A DNA stretch of 63,974 nt, counting the filler, from Cercozoa sp. M6MM (Eukaryota; Protista; Endomyxa: Ascetosporea), in assembly GCA_040357565.1 (NCBI GenBank). It is 10 parts of 10 records of this genome, joined end to end, with 100 filler letters (N's around TTAATTAATTAA, not from the genome) between each part and the next. Parts side by side here need not be neighbours in the genome. Positions count along the whole stretch, not along the records: positions 42,561 to 60,412 come from JBDODJ010000252.1; positions 60,513 to 63,974 come from JBDODJ010001443.1; 8 more parts are not named here. One strand, 5' to 3'. The position numbers were made by a program, and so were the translations under genes. This document shows positions 55,296 to 63,974 of this stretch, in pieces (the first letter of the stretch is position 1; each line of letters starts with the position of its first letter). The notes below the pieces were generated by a model. That model was not told the origin of the DNA and searched no databases. It saw nothing but the letters and a program-made list of their open reading frames with translations.

Positions 55296-56172
55296 AATAT
55301 ACACGTAGTAGGCGTATCTGGCCAGAGAGCGCAGTACCAGTTCGAATACACCAAGCCAGATCGTTCAGCAACACAGGCGAGCAGCAAAAGAAAGAGTTGT
55401 CGCTGTCGGCCAGTCGCTGTATCAGGTACCTAGTTTCAACAAACGGGTGTGCTACCCATTTCTAACCCAGATCAGTCAAAGACACCTCCTGGCAAGTGCA
55501 TTGTCGGCGCACAGTGCCATCATATTGTTGATAGACGTGTCGCTGTCCTGCTCCTGTATAAGGTTGTGTCGAGACAACGGGAGTCAAACAAAGGGAGTAC
55601 CCGGAGTGCAGTAACAGCTTCGTCGACGGTGGCGTTCATGCGAGTGTATCCTTTCGTATGCAGTGGCACATACGGCAGCGTCGGCAGCAGGGCCAGCGCC
55701 AGCACGGCGTCCTCAGCACCTAACAGTCATCACGCTTTCGTCTTCTTCATCCCTTTGATATTTCCCTTTATTTCCCAAGATGCAGCACATACCCACTCGG
55801 TACTTCTTGACAGGAGCACGTGCACTGGCATCGATGCAACTGTCCACGTGCACCTCGCCCAGCAGCTTTTGCTTGCTGTACACGGACACTGTGACCACCT
55901 GCTTTGACTGCAGGCAGCAACAGAGAAAGAGAGAGTACTTGTGCATATTACAGTGAGAGACAAAACAAGTGCTGTACCTCGTAGCATCTGATCGGGAAGT
56001 CTGCATTGAATACGAAGCGACCAGTCGAGCTAAAACAAAACCGAATGAACGATTGCCTTGTGTTTCCAATCTGACGAAGCACTCAGTTCTACCACGTAGT
56101 GATCGTTTCCGACACGAATTCTTGCTCGCCTAAGCAATGTTTTGATCGACAAACTGCCTCCATCGATGCCAT
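49932..56172 (-). CDS. Myotubularin-family phosphoinositide 3-phosphatase with intact catalytic motif and long N-terminal extension
   Basis: SVLVHCSDGWDRTAQ at ~51365-51410, ENIHAVRNAL, LIEKDWVQFGHRFA, RSPVFLQFLDCVWQI, PDAFEF, SCLFGTFLCDNEK and a C-terminal coiled coil. Joining exons 53500-56172 to this gene is inferred. Confidence 0.88.
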
Positions 56173-56610
56173 TAGAACAACAAACCCGAACTGCGAACCA
56201 CAATCGTCAGTTTCTCAACATTTTTCGCATTTTCGACGGCCAGAACTGAGAGACAGCACTCATCTACACCAAGAAACGCGAATTAGGAATCAGGGTACCT
56301 CGTAGAATTGAAAAGTCGAGCCGTCGCCGCCGCATTCCTGAGAACAACAAGAATTATCGAAAGAAGGAAGAATTCGTTGCAGTCAACGTAATCGGATCCT
56401 TTACTGACCAAACGTGGTTTCTGATCAACCTACGCAAGCTGACAGGAAGAATTTCGACTATCCACGTGTCGCAGCGATCTCTAGAACGACAGAGCAGAGA
56501 TCTGAGTGCTTTTATTTTTTGGTGGTCAGAATGGGCTCAGAAACACTGACTCTGAGCCCATTTTGCGACCAAGAAACGACGCCTCGCGGATTCTTAGTGC
56601 ATCCACGCCC

Positions 56611-57489
56611 ATGGTATCACTGTTTTAAACTGCTCTTGTTAGTATCTCGTTAGATTTTGTGGGTGTTCTTGTTGCTTTTCTGTGCTAAAAATCAGTATTA
56701 TGGGTGTGTGTAGTTGCCGTTGAGTCTCCTGAAGGCCTCGGAGGGCCACCCTGTGGTACCAGTGATTTGCAGGCCACATTCTGGAAAATGAAATGAAGAA
56801 ATGCATCTGCAGTTGATCGAGTTGAAAAATGGCGAGTCGTACAACGGCAAGTTGGAGAGGTAACGCTATGCAACAGGACTCGTTTGTTTCTTTCTCTCAA
56901 TTGTCTGGCGTTGTTGTCTGCAGTATCGACAAATGGATGAACATGAAGCTCGTCGATGTGCTGTTTGTTTCAAGGGTATGTCTGTGTTGCTTTTGGATCT
57001 CTTGGATGTGGCTACTCTACGTGCTTTGTTTTGCACAAAACAGAGCGGCGAGAAGTTCTTGCAGGTTCCAGAGTGTTTCGTGCGTGGCAACACTGTCAAA
57101 TACGTGCGTGTCAGTGAGGTGCTCTCTCTCTCTGTGTCCTCTGTGTGCGATGTGCATATTGTCCGTCTGTGTGTGTCCCCGCAGGAAGCCCTGGCCGACG
57201 CCAAGCAGTACGAACAGCAGCGCGCTGCTCAGCGTGGTCGACGCGGTCGTGGCAGAGGAGGTGCTGCTTTCTCTGTTCCTACTCCTGAAAGACGCATGTG
57301 CTGTGTACAGGCCGCGGCATGCGAGGCGGAAGAGGCGGCCGAGGCCGGGTACAAGAGTTGTCTGGGGGGGGGGGGGGGGGGGGCTCAGTAGGTCATCGGT
57401 GTTTGCAGGGTACCAGAGGTCGCGGACGAGGCGGCCGTGGTCGTGGTCGCGGCGGCGGTGCGGCCGGCGGCAACACCGGCGGCGACTAG
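56611..57489 (+). CDS. LSM4: U6 snRNA-associated Sm-like protein LSm4
   Basis: M|LPLSLLKASEGHPV|LIELKNGESYNGKL..DKWMNMKL..VPECFVRGNTVKYVRV plus RGG tail. The first coding exon is the ATG alone. Confidence 0.95.
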
Positions 57490-57954
57490 TATGAGCGTGT
57501 ACGATCGGGTCGGGTATCGGCGCAGGGTACGCACGCGACGTGGCGTACCTCGCCTAGCGTAGGTGTCAGGTGTCAAGCTTAAAGTTAAATAGATCCATAT
57601 AGCGTAGGTTAATAGTCGCCTTCCGACCCGACCGGCTCCGTTAGAATCTGAGCTAGTGCAAGTGCGCCGGTGGCAGAACAACACTGGTCGAAAGGGCCAC
57701 GCAGGCTTCTCGCAGCGTCATGCCGCCTCTGAGCCACCGAGCGACTCGCAGCAGCACTGGGGGAGGAGGGGACCGAATGATCAATAGAATAATATATCAA
57801 CACCTTTTACTCTGACAGTACAGGTGTCCTGTAGTGTATGGTCAGGTAGCCACCGTACCATGGTCCTCGGGAGTGCTGTAGTGACTGTGGCGCAGGCGTT
57901 CACTCAGAACCTTGCTGAACTGTTCAAACAATGACCACACAGTACTGTAGGCAT

Positions 57955-60243
57955 TCAGTTGTACAGTTTAGAAATGAAAGAAACCACAAACACGTCGAGC
58001 ACGTCACCGCGTCGTTGGTACTGCACGAGCGAATCTGAGCGAGCTAGTGTGCGTGCACTCTGCACGACCTCGTCGTCGCTGACTTCGACTTCTTCAAGGC
58101 GACGGTGTGCCTCACCTCGTGGCGTCCTCGGCAGACGCGGCAACCTTGGCGCTGTCGCAGTGCAGCCCTGCACGAGGAAGGTCACCAGCAGAGCGAACAC
58201 TCGCGGCATGTCGAGCGAGGGCGGCACCAGCGACAGCCACAGTGTCAGCGGAGTCAGCGGCATCGATGTCAGTGCCTGCACTGACCGTTGTTGTTGCTGC
58301 AGAGTCGGGATTGTCTCTGTCCCGGCGTACAGGTGCTCAGCTCCGACGAAAGTGACCACGTGTGATGGAGCAGTGACCAGGCAGTTCAGCAACAAGGCTT
58401 CCAAAGGGTCTCGTAGACGCAGCTGTACAGCGCTTAACCAACACCAGAAAGCTCCCAGTTGTCCCGCTCTGTATCATCATACAATGTGTACATTATTACA
58501 TTGTCTCCTTCCTGGGTATTTGTACACTTGGCGGCGTAGTCGAACGGGGTGCACCAGGCACTGTCCGAAGGGTGCAGTGCTACACAAACAGGGACACTTC
58601 TAGACCCCCCAGTAAGTAGGACTTGTGAGGTACAGGAAGATTGCGTGGCCCGAGTGATCACTCACATGCGACATCAGCGACGGCAAGTACACGTCGCACG
58701 AGTTGTTCAGCGTTCTCCACACCTAAGACTTACAGTATCAGTTGCCTGGACTGCCTTAGAATTGCACACAAAAAGCACTGCTACATCAGAACGCATCATG
58801 GTGATGTCTCTCAATGCTCGTTCCTCCCGCAACTTCTCAGTTCAGCAAAAGGTTTCGCAAGACAAGAGCGATGTATAGTGCTGATGTACCTGTTGAGTGT
58901 TTCGAAGCACTACGCGTCTGTTGATGTCATCATTGCCTGTGTCCAAGATGGGTGAGTCGAGCAGTCGAAATGCAGGACGCTGCGGGTTTAAGTGCCTACG
59001 CACATGTATGCACATACAGTACCCACGGGGTACAGTCTATCGGTCCGGGTACAATTTACACACCACACTTTGACCAGACAGGTCAGGGCACAGGCGTACT
59101 GCAGTGAATTGTCTTGCTCGCCATCATGCTGATACATTTACAGTTCAACAGACTACTGTGCACAGTACCAACTGACTGATGCAGGATGCCTTGATGTGTA
59201 CCAGTGCATAGTGCAACGACCACGCAAAGTCCGTCGCATGACACAGTGGTTCCTTTTGCACGAGCCAGTGACCCTGGTAGAAACGCCTTCGATAGTATCC
59301 CAGTCGATCTAACGGCACGGTACCAGTCGCACGACCTTGCCCGTTGGTTTTACAAGTTCGTACGTCTCTTTTGGTATCGCTACGGCCGAACGCATTTCAT
59401 GTAGCTAACACCACTAGGCAGAAGAAAAGGCAGATACGCAGAGGAAAGCAGCACGAGGACAGTCGCAGGAACGGGTGGTCGCCACGCGTCGATGCAACTG
59501 CAGGTAAGCATGTCAGGTTTCACTACAACAGCCGAGGTCCCGAATCGAGAAAGGCTACAGAACACGGCCGACATGGCGAACACGAGGCAGAACACGGCGA
59601 GCCACGTGCACCGACGGTGGTTACTCGCACGCACGGTGTGATCGCTGCCGTCACCGTCACTGGGACCGTGCACGTGTGCGCGTTGAGTGAAGCCAGCCAA
59701 TGCACCTACAGGTGGATAGAATCCTAGTGCCTGACGATAGCTGGCTCTTGGCAGCTGATCGGACGGTTGATTGAACGGTTGATCGGACGGTTGCTCGGAC
59801 GGTTGATCGAGTCGATCCTGTCGTGCCTGTATGCGCCGCGTGACGACAGCGAGTGCACGCACAGTGTGTCGCAGCATTCGCAGAGTCAGACGGTGCTCGG
59901 GATCACTGACGACACCGAGATTAACCGTCACTTGGCGGTCACCGGGTTCGGTGGGTGCCTGCACCGTCACACGTGGCACGGTGCCGCCCTCCGTTGGCAC
60001 GTGTGCCATCGGCGTCGCCTCGGACTCGACGTCGGTCTCGTCGGCCAGTTCGTCCAGCAGGTCGCGACTGCCGGCGCGCTCGCTGACGTCGGTGCTGCCG
60101 CTGCCCTGACTGACGGTGTCGGCGGTATCAACGACTTGGGTCACTGGAACCGTCGGTTCTTCTGTTGGCACCGTCGTCACCTCCTGCCCAGAACCGTCAC
60201 ACGCAATGTACAAAGGCATGTATTTATGTGTCGTAGAGTGCAC
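57955..60243 (-). pseudogene. Decayed coding-like region of unknown origin, possibly a transposon relic
   Basis: 287-aa and 149-aa ORFs separated by stop- and frameshift-riddled sequence. VVKPDMLTCSCID...VP resembles a broken SWIM finger. Confidence 0.3.
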
Positions 60244-60362
60244 TATTGCTATAAATAGTATACAATACTTTTATGAACATGAAAGAAGCACTACAGGTGT
60301 CATTCCCGGCGCGGAACTACTGAACTCGACGTAGGCGCCTTCCCTGAGGATAAAGTGGTTTA

Positions 60363-60412
<50 letters not shown>

Positions 60413-60512
60413 NNNNNNNNNNNNNNNNNNNNNNNNNNNNNNNNNNNNNNNNNNNNTTAATTAATTAANNNNNNNNNNNNNNNNNNNNNNNNNNNNNNNN
60501 NNNNNNNNNNNN

Positions 60513-60566
<54 letters not shown>

Positions 60567-60607
60567 TGAGTTCCGTTGCAATTAAGTCTCCGTGGTGACT
60601 GTGGTGA

Positions 60608-61174
60608 TTGCAGCTGTACGCTGAGTTTAACTTAAGGCGACTGGAAACTGGTGCTTACGAGTTCGAGCGCCTGTCTTCTCTCGATGCGTCACAGTTTGCG
60701 TTGTTGCGTCGCATTGTCGTGTGCGACGTCACGTTGTTCTTTTTCCTGCACCTGCTCGAGACTGCGGTGCGACACTGGCGTTCGCTGCGGAAGACTGAGA
60801 GAGCGGGTGCTGCTCAGCGTATTAGCGATCTCGTGATTTTTCTGTTCGAGTTGCTGCTCGAAAGTGAGCTTTGCGAGCTGACCATTTGCGGGCACGACAG
60901 CGTGTGCGTACATTGGAATCCTTGGTCTTACTTTATCTTGTGCCTGGTTTTGTTCGTCATCGTGATGATTCTTGCGACAGGACGTAATTTTGCTTGACAC
61001 GGAAGAAGGCACCTTTTTCCTGAACTATCTGGTGTTGTTTGAGTTCGCATCCGATGTCGATCGAGTACGAGATAGCACGGTCCTGTTGCAGAACTTTGCT
61101 CTGCTTTTCTTCACAACTGCGGTAGGCTGACATGTTGCTGCCATTGCTGTCGTTGTTGTTGTTGTTGTTGTTGT

Positions 61175-61221
<47 letters not shown>

Positions 61222-61321
61222 NNNNNNNNNNNNNNNNNNNNNNNNNNNNNNNNNNNNNNNNNNNNNNNNNNNNNNNNNNNNNNNNNNNNNNNNNNNNNNN
61301 NNNNNNNNNNNNNNNNNNNNN

Positions 61322-61356
<35 letters not shown>

Positions 61357-62164
61357 GTGTGTGTGTGCGTGTGTGTGTGTGCGTGTACTCTGTGACATGA
61401 TTAGTCTGCCTCTCCTGAGCTATCGGACTTGGTCGCACTTCGAAAGCGACTGTGCGATGCACTGGCTCACACGACGACGTCACAGGTTTTCAAGCGGCGA
61501 AAGCACCTTTTCTCAATAGGTAATTTGGTCGAGATTCTGGCCTATGTGTACTGTTTACTGAAATGTTATTGTGTGTTGGTCACTTTGCGTGTCAACCAGA
61601 CCCAACTGCGTTTAAGTGTCGGTCACTCCACGAGTGGTACACGCGAATGCAAGCGAGCCAGGCCACGCACTGTGGTCTCACCTACCTGGCCACGCTGTTG
61701 TCGTTCGACGCCTGGCTTGGCACGCCTGTCATGCGCATGCGCGTCGATCTTGCAGTTTCTCGACTGCATGCCTTCGGAAACGCCGACTTGCATGCGTCAT
61801 CTGCTGGCGGTCAGTTGGGTATTGTTTTTTTTTTAATTTTCTAAATCTTAAATCTAGAATCTGTTTTTTTATGAGAGCAGACACTGAGGAAGTATTGTCG
61901 GCACGCTCCTTTCTCCGCAAAGCACTCGACAGGCACCGGCGGCAGTTGGCAGTGCCGGGACTCGACGAGGCGCTGGCCGACCACGTTGATCTCGCAGTTA
62001 CGAGCGTCGTGCATGAATTCTTGCGCTACGAGCACGTCGTGAACGACCTCGTGACGCTGCTCGGGGCACCTGTGCGCCAAGGCGCCGTGCCGTTGCGCCC
62101 AGTCGCAAAACGACCACTAGACTCAAGCAAATGGAGCGACGCCTACAAGAATCTATTTTGTTAG
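60608..62164 (+). CDS. Hypothetical helical protein, 3' part
   Basis: Leu-rich exons with GT-AG introns, ending WSDAYKNLFC*. Confidence 0.6.
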
Positions 62165-62359
62165 AACCAACCTCGCTCTCGTCTCGGGCCTCAGCCTCAA
62201 AGCCGGGCGCGCCGTGCAGCAGGCGACTCAGTGCGGTGGCGAGTGACAACCAGCGCCAACGCAAAAATGTAGTTTTTTAGCGTAGCTGAATGTTACTTAA
62301 TAAACTGAAAGGCCGTGAGCGGCGCAGGGACCTGAACGTGCTTGCTTGGAAAATTCCGC

Positions 62360-62797
62360 TTAGCAACCTCCTCGCAGTTGCATCACCATGTGCACCGTGT
62401 CGTTGGCTGCAGGATACGCACAAGTCAGGGGTCACGAACTGAATAGAGTTCAAGCTTACCGGACACCTTGCGGGACGCGAAAGTCTCCGTGTCGTTGAGC
62501 TGCTTGCCCTTGAAGATCAGGCGAATCTGGTCTGGCGGGATGCCGACCTGCCCATGACAAGAATGTGCTCACGGTGAAAGCTGGAGAAGGATGGACGCAC
62601 CTTCTCCTGCAGGATGTTCTTCAGCTTGATAATCTCATCATCCGGGTCCACTTCGAACGGGATCTACGCAAAACACACCACTCGAGTGTCTGCCTCCGGG
62701 CGTTAACGGAAAAGAAAGCATGAAGAACAGTGAGGAAAACAAAAGCAAAAGCTCGGGTAACCTTGTTGCCCGTGAGCGACTTCACAAAAATCTTCAT
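62360..62797 (-). CDS. NEDD8: Ubiquitin-like modifier NEDD8/Rub1, 4 exons
   Basis: MKIFVKSLTGNK|IPFEVDPDDEIIKLKNILQEK|VGIPPDQIRLIFKGKQLNDTETFASRKV..|ANDTVHMVMQLRGGC*. Confidence 0.8.
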
Positions 62798-62973
62798 CTG
62801 TCTACACAAAACTGCTACTGCACAGCACAGTCTCTGAAGCGGATCAGGAATTTTACTGTACAAAATTTTGTACGGTACAGTTATGCAACAAAAAAAAAAG
62901 ATGTACGGTGATTGCCAAAAAGCTTCACATCGAGGCGTCTGAGGCTGTAAAACAGCATTGAAACAGTGTGAAA

Positions 62974-63355
62974 ATGGTGCAGAATGCACACATGAAGCTG
63001 CTACTTGAGCCGTAAGTTGAGTGAATGGCATGACAGTGTGTTTCGCGCCTTTTTTGTATTTCTTGACCTGTCGTGTGTGTCTCTGTGTGATTGTCTGCTA
63101 TTGTGTGCAGTCCAGACAAGGACACGGTGCGAATTCTGATGTGCACCGACACGCACCTGGGCGTGCACGAGAACGACTTGTTGCGGCGAGGTGAGTTCGG
63201 GTCGTATGGCATGTCTCACTGTAAGACAGGGCGCACAGCTGGTTGGTTTGATGTGCGCAGGTGACTCGTTTCGCGCCTTTGATGAGGCGCTGACGATTGG
63301 TCGTCTGACACACTGTGACTTTGTATGTTGCTCGACATGTACATATATGGATATA

Positions 63356-63386
<31 letters not shown>

Positions 63387-63955
63387 GGATATGTGTACAT
63401 GACTAGGTACTGCACGGCGGTGACTTGTTTCATGAGAACCATCCGTCGCGTCACACGCTCGAACAGGTTTGTTTTCCATCGTGTGTGTGTGGTACTGTGA
63501 GGGAGTCTGATTCTGGTGTCTGTCTGAGCAGGCCATTCGTCTGTTGTCGAAGCACGTGTTGTTGCAGCAGTGTCAGGATGTGGTATAGTTCTTTACCCCC
63601 CTCTCTTTACCCCCTCTATACCCCTTAATGACCCCTATTACCCCTTTTACCTTTTACCCCACCCCTTTACCCCTCTTCAGGAGAAAGCACGCAAGGAGTG
63701 TCAGGTCTCCTTCGACATTGTGTCGGATCAGAAGCGAAACTTTCCGTGTACTCGCTCCTTTACCCCCTTACCCTTCACCCCCTCTTTAGACTCTTTACTT
63801 ATTTTACCCCCTTTTACCTTCCTTTGACCTCCCTTAAGCCTCCCTTCCGCCTCCCTTTACCCTCATTTATTCCCTTACCCCTCTTTAGGTGCTCCATTGA
63901 AATGCGCGAATTTCGCTCACCCGGCACTTAATGTGCGCATGCCGATCTTTATGGT
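62974..63955 (+). CDS. MRE11: Double-strand break repair nuclease MRE11, 5' part
   Basis: DTVRILMCTDTHLGVHEND..DSFRAFDEAL..CDFVLHGGDLFHENHPSRHTL..FDIVSDQKRNF..LNVRMPIF. Confidence 0.95.
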
Positions 63956-63974
63956 ACTTTACCCCCCCCCCCCC

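Overview
Eukaryotic (protist-like) genomic DNA, gene-dense, with short GT-AG introns and the standard genetic code. It is not one locus. Ten contigs are joined by nine artificial 100-nt linkers (N44-TTAATTAATTAA-N44 at 5431, 7884, 14024, 24738, 27760, 31072, 39313, 42461, 60413), so neighbourhood is only meaningful inside a contig. Genes recognisable after manual splicing: two Venus-flytrap/class C GPCR-type receptors, CNOT4, an AGC kinase, a TRRAP/Tra1-like PIKK pseudokinase, a Methyltransf_16 lysine methyltransferase, YIF1, a multi-pass membrane protein ending in an RGS domain, a C2HC zinc-finger protein, CWC27, a tandem p25-alpha/TPPP protein, an ankyrin protein, a SYLF/Ysc84 protein, a long myotubularin, LSM4, NEDD8 and MRE11, plus several hypothetical genes. 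Mobile DNA: a decayed Ty3/gypsy gag-pol, an intron-containing Merlin/IS1595-type transposase pseudogene, and a ~100-bp dispersed repeat family in gene 3' flanks. Best leads: the sensor-like TM-RGS gene beside a class C GPCR, an apparent exon-to-intron conversion in the TPPP gene, the dispersed repeat and its fold-back form, and strand-biased (TTACCCC)-type intron filler. All exon models were built by eye and no searches were run.
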